Shown one piece after another: positions 1-8,263 of a stretch of DNA of 24,000 nucleotides. The DNA comes from Candidatus Woesearchaeota archaeon (GTDB lineage: Archaea; Nanobdellota; Nanobdellia; Pacearchaeales; UBA284), in NCBI GenBank assembly GCA_964354405.1, contig CAYGZP010000003.1:8666-32665 (forward strand), written 5' to 3'. The translations under genes were made by a program, and so were the position numbers. The notes beneath the pieces are model-generated. The model made no database searches. It was not told where the DNA came from and saw nothing but the letters and a program-made list of their open reading frames with translations. Each line of letters starts with the position of its first letter. Positions within the stretch are counted from its first letter, which is position 1.

Positions 1-126
1 TCCAAGTTGCTTATCCAGTTCTTCTACTGTTTGCTGGTAGCGTTTAATCTGGTTTTTGTAATCCGCGATTTCTACTTCATGGGATTTCTTTGTAGCATCC
101 CGTTCGATTTGTTGCCATTTATTCAT
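1..126 (-). CDS. Partial ORF, charged probable coiled coil (MNKWQQIERDATKKSHEVEIADYKNQIKRYQQTVEELDKQLG...), continues beyond the left edge
   Basis: Manual reverse-strand translation from CAT at 124-126; open to the window edge; start overlaps the stop of 126..350 (TAATG). Confidence 0.5.
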   Translation of the reverse strand, partial: MNKWQQIERDATKKSHEVEIADYKNQIKRYQQTVEELDKQLG

Positions 127-350
127 TACGCTTCCTCCTCTTCAATTGTTTCTAATTCTCCTTCTTCAAAAATTTCTTGAGCATTGTCAATAATAGATTT
201 AACAGCATACTCATTCCCAAATTTTACTTCCATATGGTATGTTGTTCCCTGCTCCTCCCATGAAACGATTGCTATTCCGCAATCAAAATTTTCTGCTAAC
301 TGACTCCTAACTTCCATCAAAATATCGTTTTGTGTTTTTGGAGTTTTCAT
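126..350 (-). CDS. Hypothetical small acidic protein
   Basis: 74 aa ORF collinear with neighbouring minus-strand genes. Confidence 0.55.
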   Translation of the reverse strand: MKTPKTQNDILMEVRSQLAENFDCGIAIVSWEEQGTTYHMEVKFGNEYAVKSIIDNAQEIFEEGELETIEEEEA

Positions 351-353
351 ATT

Positions 354-369
354 TTATCGTTTACGATAA
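354..369. promoter_or_regulatory. Copy 1 of 16-bp dyad TTATCGTTTACGATAA
   Basis: Inverted repeat TTATCG/CGATAA around a 4-nt centre; overlaps the stop codon of 361..903 and ends 3 nt before the start codon of 126..350. Confidence 0.6.
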
Positions 370-903
370 TTCGGTTAATAGATATGGAATTGTCTTTTGG
401 TTGTATCTATTCATTTCCGAATAGACGAGGTTGATGAATCCGTCCCATTGTGAAGGATAGATTGTTTGGCATCCTTCGCTTGAGGTGGATTTGTAACTGC
501 CCTTATGGATGTTGATAGCGATGCCCATATCGTCTCCAGTGCCGTCTCTCGTAACAGGCAACTCCTCTTTGGCGTTAGCAGGTCGCAACGCTGGATAGCC
601 ACCTCCGGGTTTGCTAATGCCATGATTCCCTTTACGAAAGCGATGAACGCCCGTTTTGAGAACCGCAATGCCTTTTCGATATACAGACGGATCAGTGTTG
701 GCGTTGAAAGTAGCATGAACAGAAGGAGATAGTAGTATAATCGCATCGTCGTAAATACCCCTATCATTCTTTCCTTTGACTCCCATTGAGTCAGCATAAT
801 ATCCGCGAATCCCTACCAGCGCAACACGATCTTCGATCCCCGCTTTGATGACCATTGCGAGGGTCTTTTCTTTCGCTTGCTGTGGTCTGGAGTTAGGAAC
901 CAT
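361..903 (-). CDS. Putative endolysin / L,D-transpeptidase-like (YkuD-like) protein
   Basis: 180 aa; contains INIHKGSYKSTSSEGCQTI, resembling the H...S-x-G-C catalytic motif of L,D-transpeptidase folds; adjacent to small membrane proteins. Confidence 0.55.
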   Translation of the reverse strand: MVPNSRPQQAKEKTLAMVIKAGIEDRVALVGIRGYYADSMGVKGKNDRGIYDDAIILLSPSVHATFNANTDPSVYRKGIAVLKTGVHRFRKGNHGISKPGGGYPALRPANAKEELPVTRDGTGDDMGIAINIHKGSYKSTSSEGCQTIYPSQWDGFINLVYSEMNRYNQKTIPYLLTELS

Positions 904-1073
904 TAGCCTTTACGCACAACATTGATGAGTCCAACGAGTCCGAGTCCTGCGACAAGGATTGCTTCTTGGAGTTCTGGTTCGATCTTCACTCCGACTGCCG
1001 TAGCAATAAGAATCAATCCGCGCCATGTGCTATTCTCTGATAGCCGCTGAAGTAGTATATTTACGATTTTCAT
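903..1073 (-). CDS. Small membrane protein, holin-like (MKIVNILLQRLSENSTWRGLILIATAVGVKIEPELQEAILVAGLGLVGLINVVRKG)
   Basis: Manual translation, 56 aa, absent from supplied track; hydrophobic segments; overlaps the endolysin-like start (TAATG). Confidence 0.6.
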   Translation of the reverse strand: MKIVNILLQRLSENSTWRGLILIATAVGVKIEPELQEAILVAGLGLVGLINVVRKG

Positions 1074-1228
1074 TTTTTTGTTCCTTTTGGTTCGGGCAGT
1101 TCATAAGTAAGCCTGCCGTAATCTGTATCTAACGAAATTCCAAGTGTTGTGCAGCTTGTCAAGAATGCCATCGCAAGAAATGCGAATGAGATCAGAATCA
1201 TTCCAACTGCGATTTGTTTAGCGTTCAT
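1070..1228 (-). CDS. Small putative lipoprotein (spanin-like or entry-exclusion-like) (MNAKQIAVGMILISFAFLAMAFLTSCTTLGISLDTDYGRLTYELPEPKGTKK)
   Basis: Manual translation, 52 aa, absent from track; N-terminal hydrophobic segment followed by lipobox-like LTSC; stop overlaps the next start (ATGA). Confidence 0.55.
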   Translation of the reverse strand: MNAKQIAVGMILISFAFLAMAFLTSCTTLGISLDTDYGRLTYELPEPKGTKK

Positions 1229-1400
1229 TGTTGCGAATCTTTTTAAACATATACACTGCCGTCAAAATTCCAGCGATAAGAGAAACAAACAATCCACCGA
1301 GGCGCAATCCAGTTTCAATGTGCGGCATCATGCTTACCATGAATCCAGTAAAACTCGTTGTTGTTCCTAAAACTCCTGTAAGTGTAGCGTTATCGTTCAT
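1218..1400 (-). CDS. Small membrane protein, holin-like
   Basis: 60 aa with central hydrophobic segment GLFVSLIAGILTAVYMF and a charged C-terminus. Confidence 0.55.
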   Translation of the reverse strand: MNDNATLTGVLGTTTSFTGFMVSMMPHIETGLRLGGLFVSLIAGILTAVYMFKKIRNNER

Positions 1401-1404
1401 CCGT

Positions 1405-1644
1405 TTATAATGTTATTGGTTCCCACTGTCTTTCAACTCGATCTTCAAACCAAACCACAATAGGCTCCCATTCGCCTTCTTCTGGTTTTTCTATTTTTAC
1501 CACTTCTACAAGACGAGGATCTTCCCATCCATCTGGAAGTGGGTATGGGCGAATCGTATCAATTCGCGGGTTACCTTCATCATCCAGCACTACACTTGCA
1601 AGTTCCCTTATTCCGTTTGGAAATATAAGTCCAAATGTTTTCAT
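1405..1644 (-). CDS. Hypothetical protein
   Basis: 79 aa ORF directly downstream of the fibre gene. Confidence 0.5.
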   Translation of the reverse strand: MKTFGLIFPNGIRELASVVLDDEGNPRIDTIRPYPLPDGWEDPRLVEVVKIEKPEEGEWEPIVVWFEDRVERQWEPITL

Positions 1645-1647
1645 AAA

Positions 1648-3687
1648 TTATGCTCCGTATGCTACCTCAACAACATCAACGCTTGCAACCCATCTCCAAG
1701 TTTCAGATAAAATTCCTGTAACTTGAACACTTAAAAAATCGCTTGCGTCATTTGCTGTAATGTTAATTGATGTTAGTGATGCTGTGTCTATTCCAATTGT
1801 ATTGACTGTTCCAACAAGCGTTGTAGTTGCGGCAACATTTTTAATTGAGAATTGACGAATATAACTTGCTGTTGCTGATCCATCGCTTTTAATTCCAGCA
1901 ATGTTAATTGTTCCTGTAAGGTATTTTCCAGATGGAATAGTTAGATATGTCGTTGCTCCATCAAGTGCCATTTCGACTGCTGTATTGGTAGTCGTCTTAC
2001 AGCGAAGGACGAAACGGGCGCGTTGGGCATCGCCTTGGGCGGAGAATTGACCTGCTGAATGCGCGTGCATTGCACGCCTATCAGAAAGTGAATTTGCTCC
2101 AAATGCGACACAAAGTGCATTAGATGATCTTGAATTTGAAGCTCCTAATACACTGGAGTTTGAACCAGATGCGGTTGAATTGTCAGAACTAAAAATACCA
2201 GAATTTGACCCAGAAGAAATATTGGATTGACCTCCAATTACTGTTGAATAAGAACCTTGAGCTTGTCCATTAAATCCTCCAACTGATACCGAAGCCGAGC
2301 TGGTCGCAGACATTTGTTGACCCATAGCTACACAGGCAAAATTACTTGCTAAACAAGATGTCCCCCCTGCAACTGAATAACTTCCAGAAGCAGTATTATT
2401 TGAACCAGCTAAAATTACCGCATTTAACCCGCTTGAAACTTGAGTCGCAGCAAATCTTTGTAATTGCAAATCAACGGCATAGTTTCCCCTCGCATTCCCC
2501 CCAGTCGTCGTGCCATCCGGCTTCGGGCCTGCGATCAGTGCCCCCATGCCTTTCGGCGTGAGGACGAGATCAGAATTTGTAGCGGTGGTGTTCTCTGATA
2601 GAGTGACATTCGTGCTGACGCTATGCCCATTTACAAGTGTTCCTACTGTAATGTCCGTTGTAAAAAGTGAAGCTCCACCGCCAACGCTTGTGCTGACTTG
2701 GAATGTCGCTCCGCTGACATTGATAACATAGTAGTTTGTCGTTGTATTAAGACCCGATCCGCCAGTCAATGCGGTAAATCGAACTGGTTGACCATTTGCA
2801 AAGGCAGAACCTGTTGCCGTAATAATGTCAGTTGAAGCAACTCCAGTTATTGCAAATGATTCAATGGCATCTTCAACAATAAGACCAGAATTTTGCAATG
2901 TGCTTCCACCCGTGCCGTCTGCACGAAGGATGGCGTTGTCAACTGATCCAGTTGTAATTGTTGTAGGTGTTGTCCATGTAGGGGTTCCTGCGCCAGCAGA
3001 GGTTAAAACTTGACCCACAGTTCCAATAGGAGTTACGCCTAATGCTGAAGTGCTGGCACCATAAGCAATTCCACCAGCAACAAACGCTGAGGACTGACCC
3101 GTGCCGCCTCGATTATAGGCAACAGTATTTCCATTCCATGTAGCAGAAGTAATTGAACCCGGATAATCAAATGTATTGGTTGACCACGATACATTTGATG
3201 GAGATTGATCGTGTCTATCCCAAGAGCCTGCTGCCGTTGCATTATCAAGCAAAACAACTGTGACATATCCACCAGATGGAATAGATACTATAAGCGTATT
3301 TGAGTTGTTATTAACTAAAATTGCACCAGAACTTTGATTGTTGTTGAAACTAAAAATTGTGCCTTTTGTAAGCGTAGTTGCGTCTGGTAATTTGATTGTT
3401 TGTCCACCAGACCCAGTGACAAGCGAAACTGGTGCGGATGCAACGGTTAAAACAACTTGAGTTCCAGATGCAGTAATTGTTGCGAGGTTATTGAAAAACG
3501 CATTTGCTGAGATGTTATTGTTAGCGTCTTTTACAACTACTGTGCTATCAATGGCGATTGTTCCAGAGGTAGTAATTGTTCCACCAGTTAATCCTGTTCC
3601 TGCGGTTATGCTGGTGACTGTTCCGGCACCTCCACCACCACCTGCAATATCAAGTTTTCCTGTGAATGGATTGAATTTGTATGCCAT
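1648..3687 (-). CDS. Putative tail fibre / appendage protein
   Basis: 679 aa, low-complexity Gly/Thr/Ser-rich; GTVTSITAGTGLTGGTITTSGTIAI motif typical of fibres; YadA-head-like repeats (VAMGQQMSATSSASVSVGGFNGQAQGSYSTVIGGQSN...). Confidence 0.8.
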   Translation of the reverse strand: MAYKFNPFTGKLDIAGGGGGAGTVTSITAGTGLTGGTITTSGTIAIDSTVVVKDANNNISANAFFNNLATITASGTQVVLTVASAPVSLVTGSGGQTIKLPDATTLTKGTIFSFNNNQSSGAILVNNNSNTLIVSIPSGGYVTVVLLDNATAAGSWDRHDQSPSNVSWSTNTFDYPGSITSATWNGNTVAYNRGGTGQSSAFVAGGIAYGASTSALGVTPIGTVGQVLTSAGAGTPTWTTPTTITTGSVDNAILRADGTGGSTLQNSGLIVEDAIESFAITGVASTDIITATGSAFANGQPVRFTALTGGSGLNTTTNYYVINVSGATFQVSTSVGGGASLFTTDITVGTLVNGHSVSTNVTLSENTTATNSDLVLTPKGMGALIAGPKPDGTTTGGNARGNYAVDLQLQRFAATQVSSGLNAVILAGSNNTASGSYSVAGGTSCLASNFACVAMGQQMSATSSASVSVGGFNGQAQGSYSTVIGGQSNISSGSNSGIFSSDNSTASGSNSSVLGASNSRSSNALCVAFGANSLSDRRAMHAHSAGQFSAQGDAQRARFVLRCKTTTNTAVEMALDGATTYLTIPSGKYLTGTINIAGIKSDGSATASYIRQFSIKNVAATTTLVGTVNTIGIDTASLTSINITANDASDFLSVQVTGILSETWRWVASVDVVEVAYGA

Positions 3688-3688
3688 A

Positions 3689-3955
3689 CTATGGGTAAGT
3701 TATTGTTACTTTTACCAAATTTGTGTCGTTTACTGTTGGAGGCTGAGTAGCATACTCAAGTGTTAGTGTTGCTACTAAGACTCCTGCATTTTTGTATAGA
3801 ACAGTCGCAATATTATTTGTGGCACCATAGTAAGTGATGTCAATCTCGTCATATGGCGGGATGTCGAATCCAGTAACTTGTTTCAATTGCTCATAGATAT
3901 TGAAATTCTGTTGATCTGGAGTTAGATTGATAAAGCAGGGTTGAGAGAGTGCCAT
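3689..3955 (-). CDS. Hypothetical protein
   Basis: 88 aa, between head and fibre genes. Confidence 0.55.
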   Translation of the reverse strand: MALSQPCFINLTPDQQNFNIYEQLKQVTGFDIPPYDEIDITYYGATNNIATVLYKNAGVLVATLTLEYATQPPTVNDTNLVKVTITYP

Positions 3956-3961
3956 AATATT

Positions 3962-3977
3962 TTATCGGTTACGATAA
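3962..3977. promoter_or_regulatory. Copy 2 of 16-bp dyad TTATCGGTTACGATAA
   Basis: Immediately abuts the stop of 3978..4244, 6 nt before the start of 3689..3955. Confidence 0.6.
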
Positions 3978-4244
3978 TTAGCCAACTGGTGGAAGAGCAG
4001 CAGCAAGAGCTTCGTTAGTAAGGAAGTATTGCTGGTCTTCAGTTTTTTGCACAAAGCAATTTTGAGTAACTGGGGTGAGGCTACCAATGGTTGCGAGTCC
4101 GAAATAGAATTGATAGAGTTTAGCGGAATCGGAGGCTGAGTCATAGCATCCATAAGAAATTGGGTTAATACCAGCAGCATCAGCAATCGTTTGAAGAAAA
4201 GGATAGGATTTATTGCGGTAGTCGAGATCGGTAAAGCAAGCCAT
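3978..4244 (-). CDS. Hypothetical protein
   Basis: 88 aa ORF bounded by a dyad and a terminator. Confidence 0.55.
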   Translation of the reverse strand: MACFTDLDYRNKSYPFLQTIADAAGINPISYGCYDSASDSAKLYQFYFGLATIGSLTPVTQNCFVQKTEDQQYFLTNEALAAALPPVG

Positions 4245-4249
4245 AATTT

Positions 4250-4290
4250 AAAAAAGGGGTTAGGGTGAGGAAGGATTACCTTCCCCACCC
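4250..4290 (-). terminator. Intrinsic terminator after 4302..4916
   Basis: 12-bp stem 4263-4274/4279-4290 (minus: GGGTGGGGAAGG-TAAT-CCTTCCTCACCC, one G-U valid only on the minus strand), then TAACCCCTTTTTT. Confidence 0.85.
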
Positions 4291-4301
4291 AAGGTTGAGG
4301 T

Positions 4302-4916
4302 TTAGTAGTAGATGCCAACAACGTAGGCATTCACATAGAGTGCGCCAACACGTCCAGCAGTATCAGCACCAGAGGTGACATTCACGCCAGCGTTTGCGTA
4401 GGTGAAGGTGGTCGAGTCAACGACAGTAACTTCAGCCTGCACATCGTTGAACGTAGTGTCGGTCATGCTGGCAATCGTGATCGTGTCACCCGTGGCAAAA
4501 CCATGAGCAGCACCAGTAACGATTGTGGCAACGCCCGAAGTGCGGGAACGAGTTGCGGTAGCTTGACCAGCACCAACAGTAGATTTCAACAAACGAAGTT
4601 TGCGGGAACCAGTGATAACATAAGGATTGGCGGCAATCGCAAGAGGATTGTAGCGGCCTTGGTTATCAAGAGCGTCAGTGATGGTGAGCGAAGAGGTGAT
4701 GTTTTCGCCAGTGGTTCCGTTGTCAACGATCACAATTGGATCGGTGGCAGTAGTTCCGCGAGCGTAGGCAGTCTCCAGCACGATGCTTGTTGGAAAGAAC
4801 TTAGTGTCTTGGTCGTTAAGAACCAAGAGGTCAGCGTCTCCAGCAGCGAGGAGGTTAACGGCAATCGGGCCAAACAAGTTGACACGATCATAAGCGAGTG
4901 GTCGAGAATTAGACAT
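4302..4916 (-). CDS. Putative head-associated/structural protein
   Basis: 204 aa beta-rich, Thr/Ala/Gly-rich, directly downstream of the putative capsid gene and bracketed by terminators. Confidence 0.55.
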   Translation of the reverse strand: MSNSRPLAYDRVNLFGPIAVNLLAAGDADLLVLNDQDTKFFPTSIVLETAYARGTTATDPIVIVDNGTTGENITSSLTITDALDNQGRYNPLAIAANPYVITGSRKLRLLKSTVGAGQATATRSRTSGVATIVTGAAHGFATGDTITIASMTDTTFNDVQAEVTVVDSTTFTYANAGVNVTSGADTAGRVGALYVNAYVVGIYY

Positions 4917-4935
4917 ATATTTTATTTAAGGTTGT

Positions 4936-4963
4936 GGGGAGAGGCTTGAATAAGCCTCCCCCC
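4936..4963 (-). terminator. Terminator-like hairpin after the capsid gene
   Basis: 12-bp stem 4936-4947/4952-4963 with one G-U valid only on the minus strand; only a moderately T-rich tail. Confidence 0.7.
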
Positions 4964-4971
4964 TGTTTAAC

Positions 4972-6384
4972 TTAGGAAGGCACAACGATGTCACCCACAC
5001 CAGCGCAGCTATAGCAATCCTGATTGTTCTCAGGAACGATGTAGCTTTGCACAGGGCAGCAGGAACCATAGAGGTTTTTGCTTTGTGGCAGGCGATGCAA
5101 GAACGAGTGCATGATGGTTGGGTCTTTGACCTGTGCAGCGAGACGGAACTGGGCTTGATAGAAGCCCGTTTTGCGCCAGCGGTTGCACTCCCAATCTGGG
5201 TTCTTCCATTCCCAATCGCCAGCGTAGTTCTGGGTCATTTGCTGGGCTTGGCCGTATCCGGTCGGGGATGGCATTGTCCATTTAACCATTGCTTTGTTCA
5301 CCATAGCAACCGAGATGCCGAAGTCGGCAGTGCGGTATGCGCGGTTAGGAATATAAGCGCAACCGTTTTCAAGGACAGTCTTGATGTAACGAGGAACGCG
5401 AACGAGACGTGCCCATGTAGCAGGATCAGCTTCATTGAATGTAGCGAGCGATGCGTTGAAGGCGGTGTCAGCGTTGAAGCGAGCGGAGTTGATGTCGTAT
5501 CCGAAGGCATAGTCACCGATGATGCGGTTGATGCCGAGTTTCAAACGAGTAAGACGCTCATCGAAGTCGGTGTTTGCATCCCAGTAACCATTGTTACGCT
5601 TGGCTTGGAAGTAAAGCGCACGGCCAACTTGAGGATCAGGGATAACGATGTCGAGCAATGGCTGACCAGTCGCATCTTGCAGATCAAGGCGGAAAGCGTC
5701 ATCTTCGTCTTGGAGGTCAACGAGAGCGTCGTCGAGCATATCAAGCGAGAGATAAGCAATCTTATTGAGGTCGGCAGGAGCGAGCTTAACGCGAATCGCG
5801 CAGAGGTCGTAGCCAGCTTCGTTGTTGATGGTATGCTCAGGAACGAACCATGCAGAGTCGTCAACGAGTCCGCAGTAAGTGCCGTCATCCGTGGTGATAC
5901 CCATCCATTTGTGGCCGGAACCACCGATGTAGTTGGAACGAAGGAACTCTTCGTGGACGTTCTTGGTGATGCGAGCATTCGACTCCTCGAACTGAAGGAT
6001 TTCTTCAGCAGGGAAGAGGCGATAAAGAAGGCTCTCAACGCAAATCCAGTCAGTCGTCATCTCTTTACGGAGAAGCTCGAAAGTGTAGCTCTCAGTGCCG
6101 GGGCGCTGAATAACTTCAGGTTTGCTATCGCAAGAATCAGTCTCGCAGTAGGTGTCGGTGATCGCACGGAAAGGAGTGCAAGGATCGTGGAAGCCACGGC
6201 CAAAGCGGAATGCTTTCTGTTCGGTTGTATGATTCAAGGGCCATGATTGCTCCTCGAAACGTGTGAAATATGCAGAGTTGGTGACGAGTTTCTTTACATA
6301 GAGGTCGTTGAAATACTCGCGGCCCTCGCGGAAGAAACTATCAATCTCAGCACAGGAATTGAAATATAGCTGATCTGATGCCAT
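4972..6384 (-). CDS. Putative major capsid protein
   Basis: 470 aa; position in order portal - scaffold-like - capsid; own terminator and leader; no explicit motif checked. Confidence 0.6.
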   Translation of the reverse strand: MASDQLYFNSCAEIDSFFREGREYFNDLYVKKLVTNSAYFTRFEEQSWPLNHTTEQKAFRFGRGFHDPCTPFRAITDTYCETDSCDSKPEVIQRPGTESYTFELLRKEMTTDWICVESLLYRLFPAEEILQFEESNARITKNVHEEFLRSNYIGGSGHKWMGITTDDGTYCGLVDDSAWFVPEHTINNEAGYDLCAIRVKLAPADLNKIAYLSLDMLDDALVDLQDEDDAFRLDLQDATGQPLLDIVIPDPQVGRALYFQAKRNNGYWDANTDFDERLTRLKLGINRIIGDYAFGYDINSARFNADTAFNASLATFNEADPATWARLVRVPRYIKTVLENGCAYIPNRAYRTADFGISVAMVNKAMVKWTMPSPTGYGQAQQMTQNYAGDWEWKNPDWECNRWRKTGFYQAQFRLAAQVKDPTIMHSFLHRLPQSKNLYGSCCPVQSYIVPENNQDCYSCAGVGDIVVPS

Positions 6385-6438
6385 AATGATTGGTTTTGTT
6401 TGATTTTAGTTGGTTTGGTTTTAGTTTGATTCACAAAC

Positions 6439-6572
6439 GCAAAAGGCCCGAAAGCCCCAAGCGAATGCTTGTTGGTTTCGAGCCGGAGTTCAACCCTCGG
6501 TGTCTTTTGCAAGACCAGTCCGGAAACAGATTTTCATGCGAGTTCTGATACTCGCCAGCCAGAGTGCGGCTG
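6439..6572 (-). ncRNA. Candidate structured 5' leader of the capsid gene
   Basis: GCAAAAG/CTTTTGC (6439-6445/6504-6510), GCCCGAAA/TTTCGAGC (6446-6453/6476-6483; G-U valid only on minus), CAAGC/GCTTG (6458-6462/6467-6471), GCGAG/CTCGC (6538-6542/6551-6555), CAGCC/GGCTG (6556-6560/6568-6572). Confidence 0.5.
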
Positions 6573-6583
6573 AATCACTAATT

Positions 6584-6599
6584 TTATCGTAAACGATAA
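6584..6599. promoter_or_regulatory. Copy 3 of 16-bp dyad TTATCGTAAACGATAA
   Basis: Intergenic, between the scaffold terminator and the structured capsid leader. Confidence 0.6.
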
Positions 6600-6621
6600 T
6601 TTCGTCTTTCTCTTACATCGG

Positions 6622-6650
6622 ACATTGCAACAGACTATTTACAGTGTCAA
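6622..6650 (-). promoter_or_regulatory. Possible promoter for the capsid transcript
   Basis: Minus-strand TTGACA (6650-6645) upstream of the capsid leader; -10 not well matched (CAATGT at 17 nt). Confidence 0.3.
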
Positions 6651-6652
6651 GC

Positions 6653-6701
6653 AACTTTTTTCAAAAAAGTTTGGGGGAGGTAGCGCGATTCTACCTCCCC
6701 C
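6653..6701 (-). terminator. Terminator after the scaffold-like gene
   Basis: Perfect 11-bp stem GGGGGAGGTAG/CTACCTCCCCC (6673-6683/6691-6701); minus-strand tail AAACTTTTTT; adjoining 19-nt palindrome AACTTTTTTCAAAAAAGTT (6653-6671). Confidence 0.8.
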
Positions 6702-6730
6702 ATCTATGAACCAGATTTCAGAATGACGGG

Positions 6731-8014
6731 CTATGCAGTCCTTCCTTGCGGCGAAAACCTTGATAGTTTCGCGGCCAGTCCCTCACTGATACTCATTCTT
6801 GGTTTCTGGGAATCCGATGCACTTGGCGATGAGGAGATGCGCGACGATCCTTTCAGTTGTGCGATATACTCGTCTTTCTCTTTCACCATCTCTTGGTATG
6901 CCTTGAGTTGTGCTTGAATCTTCTGATAGGCGCGGCCTTGGTGGATCAGTCGGTTCATGTCTTCAACTGATGCCTGCTCGTTTGTTTGCTGTGTTGCTGC
7001 CAGTGCAATGGCCTCGTCGCGGGAGATGTCGAACTTGATTCCCTTTTCCTTCATGTAGTCAGCAACCACATCTGGAATTTCGGTAGCCCGATCAATCTCC
7101 TGTTGAGTATTTTTGTATCCTTCACGCCACTGGTTCAGATACTTGTTCCTGCCTTCTTGCTCTTTTTGTTTAGCGGTTTGAATGATATTCTGCTTGGTTT
7201 CTTCAAAGTTGACAAGAGCAGCGTGATGTCCTTGAGTTGCTTTGATGAAGCTGTTGACTTGCTCAGCGAATTGATACTGCTTGAATTGCGAGAGTGAGTT
7301 CGTGATTTCCTCGAACGCTTGGTCGCGGTCGGCTTCTGCCGCTCTACGATCCTCTTCGGAGGACGCATTGAAGATGGAGGCATTTGCATTGACAGCACGG
7401 GAGAATGTCGAAAGAAGAGTTGGATCATTCGATAGCAATTGTCGCGCAGTGTCGTAGGTATTCTTGATAGGATCGAGGTAAGTTTTTTTGAAGTCTGGAT
7501 TGCTCGTAATATCGTGGAAGTCCAGCTTACCCCGGAGTTCCTTGATCTGCTCTGATAGTTGTTGCTCAACGTCCAGCTTCTCTTGGTTGGCTTTGTTGAG
7601 TTGTTCTTGGTAGTGGTTGGCTTCTTTAGTCGATGTTGACTCGGAGACCATTCGCTCAAGTTCTTGGATTTTGGTTTCAAACTTGGGGATTTCATCTTTC
7701 TTGTATTTCTCAAGTTCTTCTTTGAGTTTGCGGTTCTCTTCGATTTGCCGCTCAACGAATCCTTTTTTCTTTCCTGTGCGGTCAGACGTGATTTCAGCTT
7801 CGGTAACTCCCGTGTGTTCTTCTGGTGGTTCTTCTTCATTGAATTTTTTAATGCCGAGATTGGGATCACCAATATTGGTAGCACTTGGCTTGCCTTCGTC
7901 GGATTGTTGTTGGCTGAACTTCTTGAGGAAGTCAGATGTGTTACCTTTAATCGGAACTTGAGGTTTAGCCTTCAGTTCTTTGATTACTTCTGCTGTGTCG
8001 TTTGGGTCTGCCAT
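6731..8014 (-). CDS. Putative scaffolding-like protein
   Basis: 427 aa, strongly charged coiled coil, between portal and capsid genes. Confidence 0.55.
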   Translation of the reverse strand: MADPNDTAEVIKELKAKPQVPIKGNTSDFLKKFSQQQSDEGKPSATNIGDPNLGIKKFNEEEPPEEHTGVTEAEITSDRTGKKKGFVERQIEENRKLKEELEKYKKDEIPKFETKIQELERMVSESTSTKEANHYQEQLNKANQEKLDVEQQLSEQIKELRGKLDFHDITSNPDFKKTYLDPIKNTYDTARQLLSNDPTLLSTFSRAVNANASIFNASSEEDRRAAEADRDQAFEEITNSLSQFKQYQFAEQVNSFIKATQGHHAALVNFEETKQNIIQTAKQKEQEGRNKYLNQWREGYKNTQQEIDRATEIPDVVADYMKEKGIKFDISRDEAIALAATQQTNEQASVEDMNRLIHQGRAYQKIQAQLKAYQEMVKEKDEYIAQLKGSSRISSSPSASDSQKPRMSISEGLAAKLSRFSPQGRTA

Positions 8015-8017
8015 AAA

Positions 8018-8263
8018 TTAGATTTCGTCGAGGTCTGGGTCGATTGTGATGTCCGCTGGTTCTTTATGTTTTCCAGCAACTTTTGTTTTTTTGAATGCTC
8101 CCTGCTCCTCAGTTCCAATAGCTTCAATAGTTTTGATTGCATGGATAAGCGTGGTTACTCCTTCTGGTGGGTTTACATTAAGTAGTAAATACGCCTGTAG
8201 TTTGTTCCAGTCTTCGTGTGAGGTTATTGCCGCGCATAGGGATTTTACTTTTTCTGTTGTCAT
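8018..8263 (-). CDS. Hypothetical protein
   Basis: 81 aa; overlaps the end of the portal gene by 4 nt. Confidence 0.6.
   Translation of the reverse strand: MTTEKVKSLCAAITSHEDWNKLQAYLLLNVNPPEGVTTLIHAIKTIEAIGTEEQGAFKKTKVAGKHKEPADITIDPDLDEI

Noticed and set aside
1390-1411. TTATCG at 1390 as a further dyad copy
   Set aside because: No CGATAA arm at the required spacing.
1648-3687. Repetitive fibre gene considered as a DGR target or repeat array
   Set aside because: No reverse transcriptase or template-like repeat is present in the window; the repetitiveness is at protein level and typical of fibres.
5047-6246. 399-aa plus-strand ORF opposite the capsid gene
   Set aside because: Antisense to a strong 470-aa ORF, composition looks like a mirror-frame artefact and no domain was recognised.
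6439-6510. 72-nt domain with a 7-bp closing stem looks tRNA-sized
   Set aside because: No T-loop or anticodon arm in the right places and no U8-like position; treated as a leader RNA candidate instead.
7135-7884. 249-aa alternative-frame ORF within the scaffold-like gene
   Set aside because: Low-complexity Lys/Ser/Thr sequence expected from shifting a Glu/Lys-rich coiled-coil gene; no independent motifs, unlike the methyltransferase overlap.
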